A stretch of DNA of 64,000 nt from a virus (Duplodnaviria; Caudoviricetes), in IMG/VR virus record IMGVR_UViG_2862421350_000002, positions 1-64,000 of that record; one strand, written 5' to 3'. Both the position numbers and the translations under genes were made by a program. How positions within the stretch are numbered: the stretch's first letter is position 1; the number at the start of each line of letters is the position of its first letter. The notes below the pieces were generated by a model. It was not told the origin of the DNA. It ran no database searches and saw nothing but the letters and a program-made list of their open reading frames with translations. This document shows, piece by piece, positions 48,728 through 57,953 of the stretch.

Positions 48728-48934
48728 TCAGGTGCCGGGGATGGTGTCCTGGTCGACTTCGTGGGGTGCGGCGGCTTGTGGCCGGCGGGCGGGATCGCAG
48801 TCCGGCCCCCATCCGTTCAGGCGTGAGCTGAGCGCGGTCAGCGGGCGTCCGCAGCGTCGGCAGTACCGGTGTCGGTAGCCGGTTGCGGGGTCGTTGATGA
48901 GGGTGGGCTGCTGGTTCCGGTGGGTGCGGGCCAT
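48728..48934 (-). CDS. DUF6011-like zinc-finger protein
   Basis: CRRCGRPLT..S...GWGPDC. Confidence 0.8.
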   Translation of the reverse strand: MARTHRNQQPTLINDPATGYRHRYCRRCGRPLTALSSRLNGWGPDCDPARRPQAAAPHEVDQDTIPGT

Positions 48935-49041
48935 GGGTTCAGTGTCCGGTGTGGTGGCGGCTGGTGCGAGGTGCGGTCTACAATCGCCGTGATCTCACGG
49001 TTGTGCCCGTGAGCGAGGCCACCACCCAAACGGGGCGGTGG

Positions 49042-49325
49042 CCTTCGGCGTTCACGGGGTCAGGCGGCCCGGTGGAGTGCGAGGCAGTCCGGGCACCAGC
49101 GCTCGTTCTCCTTCACCAGCCGGACCGGCACGTCCTGCTTCGGCCCGGGCGCTACGATCCCCTCTTCCTTGCTGCACGCGATGGGGTGGAAGTCGCATTC
49201 CCCGGTGCACCGGTGGCCGGGGGCGGGCTTGTGCCAGACGGTCTGGTCGGGGGTGCGGCCGTAGCCGGGGACACGTTCCGAGACGGCGAGCATGGCTTCT
49301 CCTTCGGCGTTCACGGGGTCAGGCG
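49042..49325. repeat. 25-bp perfect direct repeat at 49042-49066 and 49301-49325
   Basis: CCTTCGGCGTTCACGGGGTCAGGCG twice. Confidence 0.92.
49060..49293 (-). CDS. Small Cys/His protein
   Basis: AAGGAG RBS; WH..C..WCPDC. Confidence 0.65.
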   Translation of the reverse strand: MLAVSERVPGYGRTPDQTVWHKPAPGHRCTGECDFHPIACSKEEGIVAPGPKQDVPVRLVKENERWCPDCLALHRAA

Positions 49326-49606
49326 CCCCGAGTGGCGCTGGCGTCCTGCGCGGCAACACGGAGGCGGGCATATCGCAGGGGCGACTTGGCCTGGAAGAAG
49401 TGGCCGCGACGGTACTCCCGAACCTGCTCCCCGCCCTCATCGGTCAGGGCCAGGTAGCTGATGGAGCCGTAGGCGCTGAAGAGCCGGATGGCGGCCTCTT
49501 CGGCTGCCGACTCGCTCTCAACCGGGCGGGGCTCGATGTGGGGTGTCGGGTACTGCTGGTGCCGTCCGTCGCGGATGCCGCCGGTCATGGGGTGCAGGGT
49601 GAGCAT
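49319..49606 (-). CDS. Hypothetical protein
   Basis: AAGGAG RBS; MLTLHPMTGG. Confidence 0.65.
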   Translation of the reverse strand: MLTLHPMTGGIRDGRHQQYPTPHIEPRPVESESAAEEAAIRLFSAYGSISYLALTDEGGEQVREYRRGHFFQAKSPLRYARLRVAAQDASATRGA

Positions 49607-49616
49607 GGTGTTCTCC

Positions 49617-50015
49617 TTATGCGGCGAGGCTGGTGTGAGTCTGGTCGATGCGGCGGCTCGGGAGGTAGTCCCGGCCGAGTTCGCGGGCGATGAGTTGTGC
49701 GGGGCTACGCACCACGATGACCGCACCCGCCGGGGTCGTTGCCTCCGGGCGGTCCAGGACGAACGCCATGCGGTGCAGGGTGTAGCTGACGATCTTGTGG
49801 ACCAGGAAGCCCCGGGCCTCTCCCCGGAGGCGGCACATGGCGCGGACCTCGATGCGGCCGGACTTCGTGGTGCGGATGTCATACGGCTCGATCGTCCGGA
49901 TGGACTCGGTGCCGTCCTGGTCGAGGTAGGTGATGGTGACGGCTTCGGCGCGGTCCAGGGCTCGGTACAGGTCGGTGAGGGTCTTGGTGCTGGTCTGCTG
50001 GTTGGTGTGTCGCAT
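49617..50015 (-). CDS. Stand-alone WYL-domain protein
   Basis: ITYLDQDG..SIRTIEPY..AMCRLRGEARGF...KI. Confidence 0.85.
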   Translation of the reverse strand: MRHTNQQTSTKTLTDLYRALDRAEAVTITYLDQDGTESIRTIEPYDIRTTKSGRIEVRAMCRLRGEARGFLVHKIVSYTLHRMAFVLDRPEATTPAGAVIVVRSPAQLIARELGRDYLPSRRIDQTHTSLAA

Positions 50016-50047
50016 CTTGTGCCCCCGCGTCTCGTGGTGTTGTGAAG

Positions 50048-50093
50048 ACAGTACCTATATTCCATGGCGTACGCAATAGGAATGGGGTACGGT
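50048..50093. promoter_or_regulatory. Overlapping divergent promoters and operator
   Basis: TTGCGT-17-TACTGT (minus) and TGGCGT-17-TACGGT (plus) centred on GCGTACGC. Confidence 0.75.
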
Positions 50094-50171
50094 GGTCACA
50101 CCAGGAACCGCCTGGAGTACCCGCAAGCCCAACAGCTGTGGCGTACGCACTACAAAAAGGAGGACACTGGC

Positions 50172-50762
50172 GTGGCACACACCCCCATCACGCGCCCGCC
50201 TGGCCGCCCCCGGTCCGATCGGCGCGCGTCGCCGAGAGGACCCCGCCCCGTGGCACTCCGCCCCGAAGACCAGAAGCGCGTCAACGACCTCACCGAAGCC
50301 GCCCAGCACCTCCGTACCACCGGTGCCCCACAGCTCGCGGACAGCGTTGACTACGTCCTGTCCATGGACGGTCTCGCGTTCATCGGCCGACTGAGGTTGG
50401 AGCGCATGCACACGCAGGCCGCCGAGGGTGACCTCGACCCGAACCTGCCGATGGCGATGCCGCGCCCCGTCCGGGACCAGATCAAGTCGACGGCCCGTCA
50501 GCAGGGTCGGGATTTGACAGCGGAGGCGCACAAGGCGCTGGAGGAGTTTTGCGCTGGCCGGTTCACTCCGGACCGCCCGGTTCGCGCCGCACATGGTTCG
50601 GGCGAGGTGAAGGTGAACCTGAATCTTCGGGTTAACGCCGACCTGCGGGCCCGGGCGGAGAAGCACGGTAAGGACGTGGCCGCCGAGCTGGGCTGGGCGC
50701 CGCGCGCTTCGCATGTCATCACTGGCTGGCTGATCCGGGAGTTCACCGGGGCCAGTAGGTAG
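50172..50762 (+). CDS. Tandem ribbon-helix-helix regulator, putative repressor
   Basis: NLPMAMPRPVRDQIK and VNLNLRVNADLRARA; AAGGAGG RBS. Confidence 0.7.
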   Translation: MAHTPITRPPGRPRSDRRASPRGPRPVALRPEDQKRVNDLTEAAQHLRTTGAPQLADSVDYVLSMDGLAFIGRLRLERMHTQAAEGDLDPNLPMAMPRPVRDQIKSTARQQGRDLTAEAHKALEEFCAGRFTPDRPVRAAHGSGEVKVNLNLRVNADLRARAEKHGKDVAAELGWAPRASHVITGWLIREFTGASR

Positions 50763-50842
50763 TGCCCACCCCGTGACGGGGTGGGTTCGGACGCCGACAC
50801 CCGGGCCTGCCCCCGCACAGCGATAACCCCATAGGAGACCTC

Positions 50843-51838
50843 ATGGCCACGGCCACCGAGGCCCCCGCCAGCGTCACGGCGGAGGGCCCCACCTCGCACA
50901 CCCAAAACCAGGCAGTCCCCAGCATCTACCAGCTCATGGCCCTGGTCATGCGCGACGTCCGCGACGTCGGCAAGAACGGCTTCAACGACCACCAGAAGTA
51001 CAAGTTCCGTGGTGTCGACGACTTCATCGGCGCCCTCGCCCAGCCGCTCCGTGACCACGGCGTGTTCATGATGACGGAGATCCTCGACTTCCAGACCTCG
51101 GTCCGCGGAAAGATGAACGCCGTCCACATGCGGGTCGCGTTCCACTTCCACGGCCCGGCCGGCGACAAGGTCACCACCAGCACCCTGGGCGAGGCGTCCG
51201 ACACGGCGGACAAGGCGTCGAACAAGGCAATGTCCGCGGCGCTGAAGTACGCCCTGATGCAGACGTTCATGATCCCGGTCGACGCAGGGTCGCTCGACGA
51301 CGGAGACCGGGACCACCCAGTGGGCCAGCGGTCACCGGCGGACGCGTACCTGGAGCGGCTGCGGAAGCCCACGGTGTGGAACAACGTGACGGCGCTGACC
51401 GCGATGCACGCGGAGGCGAAGGGTGACGGCCTCTTGGGTTCGGCGGTGCAGGGCCCGGATGGGGAGACGACGCTTGGGGATCTGATCGTGTCCCGCGGCC
51501 GGCAGCTCAAGGACGAGTTGGCGGCCCGGGAGGAGCGCCAGGCGCAGGAGGCTCCGGTGGCGGCCGCGCAGGTGGCTGCCGAGCACGGTGCTGGCCCGGA
51601 CCCGATCGACAACCTCGTCGGCCAGGTGCAGCGCGGGTGGAACGACGCCACGGAGCTCACGAAGGTCCTTGCGGAGGCGGGGCGCCGAAATCAGCTGCTC
51701 CGGGAGGTCGACGGTCCGACCGGCGGCATGGTCCAGTTCGGCGACATGGTGACGGCCCGCGTACAGGAGCTCAAGGAGCAGGCTCGGCAGGCCGAGCGGA
51801 ACGGGCACACCGACACCCACGAGAGGAGCGCCGCCTGA
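50843..51838 (+). CDS. erf: ERF-family ssDNA annealing protein
   Basis: YKFRGVDD, GEASDTADKASNKAMSAALKYAL. Confidence 0.9.
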   Translation: MATATEAPASVTAEGPTSHTQNQAVPSIYQLMALVMRDVRDVGKNGFNDHQKYKFRGVDDFIGALAQPLRDHGVFMMTEILDFQTSVRGKMNAVHMRVAFHFHGPAGDKVTTSTLGEASDTADKASNKAMSAALKYALMQTFMIPVDAGSLDDGDRDHPVGQRSPADAYLERLRKPTVWNNVTALTAMHAEAKGDGLLGSAVQGPDGETTLGDLIVSRGRQLKDELAAREERQAQEAPVAAAQVAAEHGAGPDPIDNLVGQVQRGWNDATELTKVLAEAGRRNQLLREVDGPTGGMVQFGDMVTARVQELKEQARQAERNGHTDTHERSAA

Positions 51839-52848
51839 TGACCGCCTCTCAGGAGCGGGAGCACGGGTACGCGCGGTACAAGCTGGACAAGTGCCGCTGT
51901 TACACCTGCGCGTGGGAGGTGTCCCAGTACGTCGAGGCCCGCGCCCGGGCCATCGCCTACGGAACGTGGCAGCCGTTCGTTGACGCCGAGCCCGTCCGGC
52001 AGCACCTCCAGAACCTTCAGTCGTGCGGTATCGGCCTGCGCCGCATAGCCGAAGCCGTCGGCGTGGACAGGAAGAGGCTGCAAGCGGTCCTGACTGGCCG
52101 GCCAGAACGGGGTACGGGCCCGCAGGAGCGGGTGCGCCCGGAGTTCGCGGCGGCGGTCCTGGCTTTGGAGCATTCACTGGAACTGATGGGCCCCACCACC
52201 CCCATCAACGCGGCCGGTACCCACCGGAGGCTTCAGGCCCTGATGGTCGCCGGGTGGCCTGTGGAGCGGATTGCTGAGGCTCTGGGGCAGCGAACCTCCA
52301 ACATGGCGGCCTTGATGCTTCGCCCGCGGGTCATTGTCCGTACGGCCCTCACGGTCCAGGGCTTGTACGACCAGTGGTGGAAGTCCGACCCGCGTATGCA
52401 CGGTGTCGACGTTCAGGCGTACACCGAGACCCGGAAGCACGCCGCCCGCCTGGGGTGGGCTCCGGTCGGCGCGTGGGACGACGACACCATCGACGACCCG
52501 GCCGCGGTACCGGACCTGGGCGAGCAGGTCACGCGGACTGAAGCGATCGCCGAGGACGCCACCTGGCTGATGGAGAGCTTCGGCTACGACCGGCAGGCCG
52601 CCGCGGATCGTCTCGGCATCTCGAAGAACGGTGTCGCGCAGGCACTGTCGAGAACGGCGCGCGCAAGCGCCAACGGTTCAGCACCGACAGAACGGCCGGT
52701 GCTGACGTGGGAGCCCCCGAAGTGTGGCGAGGCACGCATGTACCGGCAGCATCTGCGCCGCGGCGAGTCCTGCGAGGAGTGCCGCGGTGCCAACGCTGCC
52801 GCGGATCGCCGGTACCGGCTGACAGGAAGCCGCGCGGAGGCGTCCTAG
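51838..52848 (+). CDS. Zn-finger/HTH phage protein
   Basis: HG..Y...CRCYTC, HTH segments, RRLQAL, WDDDTIDDP, C-terminal C..H..CEEC. Confidence 0.75.
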   Translation: MTASQEREHGYARYKLDKCRCYTCAWEVSQYVEARARAIAYGTWQPFVDAEPVRQHLQNLQSCGIGLRRIAEAVGVDRKRLQAVLTGRPERGTGPQERVRPEFAAAVLALEHSLELMGPTTPINAAGTHRRLQALMVAGWPVERIAEALGQRTSNMAALMLRPRVIVRTALTVQGLYDQWWKSDPRMHGVDVQAYTETRKHAARLGWAPVGAWDDDTIDDPAAVPDLGEQVTRTEAIAEDATWLMESFGYDRQAAADRLGISKNGVAQALSRTARASANGSAPTERPVLTWEPPKCGEARMYRQHLRRGESCEECRGANAAADRRYRLTGSRAEAS

Positions 52849-53120
52849 CCGCCTGTTCAGCCACTGCATCACCGGCCGGTCCCACCCCGGGGCCGGCCGA
52901 AGTCGTCTCCATCACCTGTTGGGAGGCCCGCCATGGGCGTTGTCCTGCTGTACCTGTCCGTCTCTCTGCTGCTGTCGGCGCCGTTCGGTGTGGCCGCGTG
53001 GCGGCACTGGTCGGACCGAATGCCCGACCGGCCCGGCGTCCCCCCGTTGTCCGAATCTGGGCCGCGATGACTCGACCCATGACCCAGCTGTACCGGAGCC
53101 CCGGAGAGGAGGCGATGACC

Positions 53121-53447
53121 ATGACCACCACCCAGCAGTACACCGCGATGGCCGCGGTGCTCGTCGTCCTGGCGGGCGCCGGCCGGGTCTGGTGGCAGAT
53201 GCACCGGTTGCGGCGGCTCCTGCGGTCGGAGCGTGCCGCCGCACTGCTGACCGATGCCACGCACCACCGGGACATGGAGGCGTTCCGGGCCAGGGTCGCC
53301 CGCGCGGTCGCCGAGCAGCGGGCCGCGGAGGAGTTCACAGCCCGGTTCCTGGACGACCTGGCGGTCATGGCCGCCGCCGACGAGGTGGTGGCCGCCGAGC
53401 TGGCCCGCACCACACACCACAACCCGCAGGAAGGGGACACCCCATGA
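53121..53447 (+). CDS. Small membrane protein
   Basis: GAGGAGG RBS, N-terminal TM. Confidence 0.65.
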   Translation: MTTTQQYTAMAAVLVVLAGAGRVWWQMHRLRRLLRSERAAALLTDATHHRDMEAFRARVARAVAEQRAAEEFTARFLDDLAVMAAADEVVAAELARTTHHNPQEGDTP

Positions 53448-54310
53448 CCACGACCGTCGATGCGATTGCCGCCCGGCAGCGCCTGGTGGACGACCGGCAC
53501 TACCGGTACCGCGGGTGCGCCCCCGACCCTGACACCCCGGGCATGTCCGCGGGGGACCCTGATGTGCCGCTGGACGCGTGGGGCCCGTACACGGGTGACG
53601 GTGCGGAGGCGCAGAAGACTCGCCTGGACCGGGAGAAGACCGCCCTGCAGATTTGCGGCAGGTGCCCGGTGCTGGCGCTGTGCCGCACCTACGCCAACAC
53701 CACCACCGTGGAGGTCGATGCGAACGGCCGGCAGGTCGAGCACCTCGTCGAGCCGGAAGGGGTCATGGGCGGGCAGAAGGCGCTGGCCCGGCACAAGGCA
53801 CTCATCGAACGCAAGCACGTGGAGGCCGCCACCGCCGTGGCGCCTGTGCGGGATCTGGCCGACGCCCGCACTCCGCAGAAGGTCGCGGTCCTGCTCGCCC
53901 TGGCCGCCGAGGTGGCGGACGTACGGGTGGCACACCGTGCCGGTATGGACCTGCGGACGTGCAACTGGCACCGCAGCGCCCTGTGCTCTCTCCTCGACCT
54001 GGACAAGGAGACCGCGACCCGCGACGAACTCCTTACGGTCGCGGTCCTGCGGGGGTTGCTGCCGTCGGCGGCCGGGGTGGTGTGGGACGGGCTGTGGCCT
54101 GTCGCCGCAGCTCCTACGACGGACGGTGTGCGCCAGCGGCGGATAGCCCCGGACATGCCGTTGACCGCCCTCATCCCGCGGCCGCGCACCCGACGCCGGA
54201 AGCCGCCGGCCACCGACACCCGGCTGCGCGTGCGGTACGTCGCGGTGCCTCTCTTCCCGGTGGCGCTGGTCGCCCCGGCCCCTACCCGAGCCCTGGAGCC
54301 CGCAGCATGA
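53444..54310 (+). CDS. WhiB-like Fe-S regulator with C-terminal HTH
   Basis: C...ICGRCPVLALC...EGVMGG. Confidence 0.82.
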   Translation: MTTTVDAIAARQRLVDDRHYRYRGCAPDPDTPGMSAGDPDVPLDAWGPYTGDGAEAQKTRLDREKTALQICGRCPVLALCRTYANTTTVEVDANGRQVEHLVEPEGVMGGQKALARHKALIERKHVEAATAVAPVRDLADARTPQKVAVLLALAAEVADVRVAHRAGMDLRTCNWHRSALCSLLDLDKETATRDELLTVAVLRGLLPSAAGVVWDGLWPVAAAPTTDGVRQRRIAPDMPLTALIPRPRTRRRKPPATDTRLRVRYVAVPLFPVALVAPAPTRALEPAA

Positions 54311-54743
54311 ACCAGCCCACCACCACCGCGGCGGCCGACGCCTCGTCACCGGCCCACGTCGACCGTGCCCTCGCCGACCGGTGCCAGACCTCCGGCGACT
54401 ACATCGCCGGCCTCATCGCCCACGGCCACCTCGAAGCCGCCGGCACACCCCGCAAGCTCCCCGCCGCCCTCTTCCCCGACCAGGACCCCGCCGCCGTGCA
54501 GCAGGTGTGGGACGCGGCGCTGGCGGTCGGGTACCGGGCCGGGCAGCTGTCCGTACGACCCACGTGGACGAGGGACGCCCTGGACCGTCTCCAGGCCGCC
54601 CTCGACGGGGCCGGGTTCGTGGCGATGGGACGTCTGGCCGCACGGTCCGCGACCCTGCACCCGCCCCGGCACCCCGCCGACGGCGAGCACCCCGCCGGGC
54701 ATGACGAGGACGACACCACGGCGCGGGACGGGGGCACTGGTGA
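54307..54743 (+). CDS. Hypothetical protein with probable 3' frameshift (frame stays open to 55080)
   Basis: ATGA overlap at the start; expected GTGA stop at 54741 is out of frame after a G run. Confidence 0.55.
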
Positions 54744-55171
54744 CCGCCCCCCGCCGCGGCCGGCCCGCCGTGTTCGCGCCCCCCGCCCAGACCGCCTACC
54801 TCGACCTCGTACACCACGGGATGCGGCTGGGGGACGCCGCCGAACACCTGGGCATCAACCGGGCCGTGCCCACCCGGCACGCCCGCACCGACCCCGAGTT
54901 CGCCACCCTGCTCGACGAAGCGAAGGCCGTGGGGGCGAAGGTACGGCGGGAGGGAGTACCGCACGACGAGTACCGGTACAACGTGCTCGGCTGCCGCTGC
55001 CCGGACTGCGGCCTGGCCGCCAGGGTCGGCCGCGCCGGACGCCGTACGGACGCAACCGCCGACGAACCCCCGGGCGGTGACACCACCGGGGACGTCCACC
55101 CGATCCGACTGGACGGGGCCGTCGTTGGCGACTCTTCTCTTCCTTCCTTTTTGCTGGCCAGGGCTTCTTGA
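54740..55171 (+). CDS. HTH plus Zn-binding protein
   Basis: RRGRP, AAEHLGI, H..YRY..GCRCPDC. Confidence 0.7.
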   Translation: MTAPRRGRPAVFAPPAQTAYLDLVHHGMRLGDAAEHLGINRAVPTRHARTDPEFATLLDEAKAVGAKVRREGVPHDEYRYNVLGCRCPDCGLAARVGRAGRRTDATADEPPGGDTTGDVHPIRLDGAVVGDSSLPSFLLARAS

Positions 55172-55189
55172 GGGGTACCGGGGAAGCTC

Positions 55190-55229
55190 AGCAAGATCAC
55201 GTTATTAAAGTCGCAAAAGTATAGGACAG
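55190..55229 (-). repeat. 40-bp inverted repeat, right copy
   Basis: AGCAAGATCACGTTATTAAAGTCGCAAAAGTATAGGACAG. Confidence 0.95.
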
Positions 55230-55613
55230 CGCCCCTGGCCCGTACGGCTGTGCGATGAGCCGCATACCTGACGACAAGTCGGATGAACAACACGATCAGC
55301 AAGGAGGCAGACAAGTGGCGAGAGGAACGGGTAGGCTGCGCTTGACGCCAGACGACCACTCAGGTCCCGGGTGTGCACAGACAAATAGAACGGCCTCGCT
55401 CCCCCGGCTGGTAACCGGGATCGACGCGAGGCCGGTGCCGCAGACAGTCCCTGAAGACTCCTACGGCCGGCCGACACACAACAACGACGAAGGTGCCGAC
55501 ATGGCGAAGCGTACCCGGGAATCATGCCCCGCAGACAGTAGGCCCCGCAGTTCCGGCGTGAAGATCACACCGCCGACGCACGCGGGCCCTGTCGCCACTA
55601 CCAACCACGTCGC

Positions 55614-56039
55614 GTGACCGCCGCCGTCCGGCAGCTTCGCCGGACAGTGCCGCACGTCGCTGCTCAGCCGACCAACAGCAGCCCTGACACCACCGAGGCG
55701 CACGGCCTCCCAGGTGGAGACTGCCTCTGTGGTCGCGGTGAGACCATCGGCACCTGCATCGTCACGGGCGACCGACTGTGGTTCCGGGCTTTCCGAGACT
55801 CGCCCGCCGCCTACCACTTCCAGCGCGTCACCGACTGGGCCTGCGTGGACTGTGTAGCCGACGCCGCCCTGGACGTGGCCACCGGAGTGATCCGCAACCA
55901 GATGCGTGAGCAGGCCCGCGAGCGCGCGGCAGAGATGAACGCACTGATGCGGACCAAGGCCATGCGACAGGAGGCTGGTCTGCCGCCCGTCTCTGCGGCC
56001 ATCCCTGAGGGTTGCGACTGGCCGGAGGGCGAGCGATGA
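55614..56039 (+). CDS. Hypothetical Cys-containing protein
   Basis: CLCG..CVDC; coupled to the next gene. Confidence 0.55.
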   Translation: MTAAVRQLRRTVPHVAAQPTNSSPDTTEAHGLPGGDCLCGRGETIGTCIVTGDRLWFRAFRDSPAAYHFQRVTDWACVDCVADAALDVATGVIRNQMREQARERAAEMNALMRTKAMRQEAGLPPVSAAIPEGCDWPEGER

Positions 56040-56308
56040 CCCTCGACCCTGCAGCGCAGCAGCGCTACCAGCGACTCGAAGCCCAAATCGCAACCCTCGG
56101 CGGCGAAGACGTGCCGATGACAACCGAGGAACTGCGCGACCTCCTCGGCGCGATCATCCACGGCCACAGCCACAGGGATCGCACGGACTTCGACCTCAAC
56201 CTCGCGATGATCGGCGTCGAGAGGCACGTCGAACTCCGCATCCAAGACTTCCTGGCCAAGCAGGCACAGGAGCAGACCTCGCCCAGCAAGGGGGATCAGG
56301 TGACCTAG
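56036..56308 (+). CDS. Hypothetical protein
   Basis: GGAGG RBS, ATGA overlap. Confidence 0.6.
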   Translation: MTLDPAAQQRYQRLEAQIATLGGEDVPMTTEELRDLLGAIIHGHSHRDRTDFDLNLAMIGVERHVELRIQDFLAKQAQEQTSPSKGDQVT

Positions 56309-56559
56309 CGATCTTCTAAGCGGGAGGTCCTGGGCCCCTTGGCGGGGGCACTTCCTCTACCGCTGGCCGCTGATGTTGGCGCATCGTGCGCGGCCACTTC
56401 CTACGGCTCGGTTTGGCGACCGAGCTAAGGCCCGACTTCCGACTTCCGGTTTGGCGACCGGGGCCGATCAGGTCGAGCGACTACTGGGTTCCCACCCATT
56501 CACGAGGACCCCATCGGGGCTCTCGCTTTCATCCATCCCAAGAAGAGGACGGGTACATA

Positions 56560-57942
56560 GTGCAGTACGACGCACCTGCTTGTCAGCTTGAGCGCGCAAA
56601 CGATGGCGATTCGCGGCAAAAGTCCACCCCAGAACTCGGCACCCAGTGCCCCACCCTGGCCCCGTGGGCGCCCGTCAGTGCCACCGCCATGGAGGTCGGC
56701 ACCACCACCTCCCGGCACACCGGCCCCCGGAACTGGCTCCGCTCCGTCGAGTGGCTTATCGCCGCCGGCCTCCACCCCAAGGCCAACCACACCACCCTCG
56801 CCGTCGCCCAGGACCTCGCCAAGCGCATGGACTACAGCACGGGGCACGTCCGCTACGGACTCGAGGACATGGCCGTACGGCTCGACCTTGACCGGTCCAG
56901 CGTCGCCCGGCACGTGAAGTACCTCCGTCAGCTCGGCGCTCTCGTGTGGGCGCAGCACGGCTCCCGCAGCAACATCAAGCGCATCCTCGGCCGCCCCGGG
57001 TACGCAGCCACCGCCACCGTGTACGCCGCGACGATCCCGGCCGCCTACGACCACGCCATGGGCCACCGCGTCCTCGGCGAGGGGTACGAGGCGCGGGCCA
57101 TCGCGGTCCGCCAGGAGACCGCCGTTGCCGGGGGTGCGAATGGGGCCGAATCGGCTGTGGACAACTCCCTTTCGGGCCCTGTGGATAACCCCGCTAAACG
57201 ATCTCTTGCGACCCCTTCCCTTACCCCAGCCACCTATGGGGTTCAGGTTCAGATGGTGGGGGGTGTAACTACTACCGCGACGCGGCAGCAAACCACCCCC
57301 AGCCCCCCCTCCCGGACGGCCAAAACCAACAGCGGCAGCAAGAAGCGGGCCACGATCCTCGGCAACACGGTCACCGCGACCGGCATGCGCCTCGGAGACC
57401 GCCTCGCCCACGCCATCCGCCGCGCCGTTCCGTGGACCCGCCGCGCCACCCACGACCAGCTCCGGTGGATCTGCGCCGACATGGGCGAGCAGCAGTGGAC
57501 CGAGGACCAGGCCGTACGGTTCACCGTCGAGACCGGCCACCAGCACGCCGCCGGATACGCCTGGAACCCCCACCAGCCCCACCGCGTCCTCGCTGCCGCC
57601 CTCCGCACCGCCGACGCCGACCAGCTCGAGGACATCCCCCTCGACTCGGCGCACACCGTGGCGTACGAGGACTCCACCGTCGCCCGCAACCGGGCCTCCC
57701 TTGAAGCGCTGTTCGCCCTGATCCCCGCTGACGCTGCCCCGGAGCTCGAGGAGATTCCGGCCGACAGGTACACCAACGAGGACCGGCTCCGCGCCCGCCT
57801 CAACTGGAACGACTGGCCCGAGGTCGCCCGCCACTACGCCGACGACCCCGACGACGCCCTCGACCTCTACGGCACCAAGCTCTGCACCTACGCCGTCGGC
57901 CGGGACGCCCGCGCCAACAACAGCACCCTCACCCACATCTGA
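56560..57942 (+). CDS. Plasmid replication initiator (Rep, wHTH)
   Basis: HTH MAVRLDLDRSSVARHVKYLRQLGAL; internal DnaA boxes; upstream of dciA and parAB. Confidence 0.72.
   Translation: MQYDAPACQLERANDGDSRQKSTPELGTQCPTLAPWAPVSATAMEVGTTTSRHTGPRNWLRSVEWLIAAGLHPKANHTTLAVAQDLAKRMDYSTGHVRYGLEDMAVRLDLDRSSVARHVKYLRQLGALVWAQHGSRSNIKRILGRPGYAATATVYAATIPAAYDHAMGHRVLGEGYEARAIAVRQETAVAGGANGAESAVDNSLSGPVDNPAKRSLATPSLTPATYGVQVQMVGGVTTTATRQQTTPSPPSRTAKTNSGSKKRATILGNTVTATGMRLGDRLAHAIRRAVPWTRRATHDQLRWICADMGEQQWTEDQAVRFTVETGHQHAAGYAWNPHQPHRVLAAALRTADADQLEDIPLDSAHTVAYEDSTVARNRASLEALFALIPADAAPELEEIPADRYTNEDRLRARLNWNDWPEVARHYADDPDDALDLYGTKLCTYAVGRDARANNSTLTHI
57156..57188. promoter_or_regulatory. Two DnaA boxes, putative plasmid origin
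   Basis: TGTGGACAA at 57156 and TGTGGATAA at 57180, reverse complements of TTGTCCACA and TTATCCACA. Confidence 0.75.
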
Positions 57943-57953
57943 CAGGAGCCCGC

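Noticed and set aside
52850-53110. tRNA or ncRNA in the gap before the WhiB operon
   Set aside because: Only short GC-rich hairpins; no cloverleaf or T-loop
43241-55228. Transposon with TGT...ACA ends
   Set aside because: No DDE transposase inside and the flanks (CTACC vs GCGCC) show no target duplication; not fully excluded
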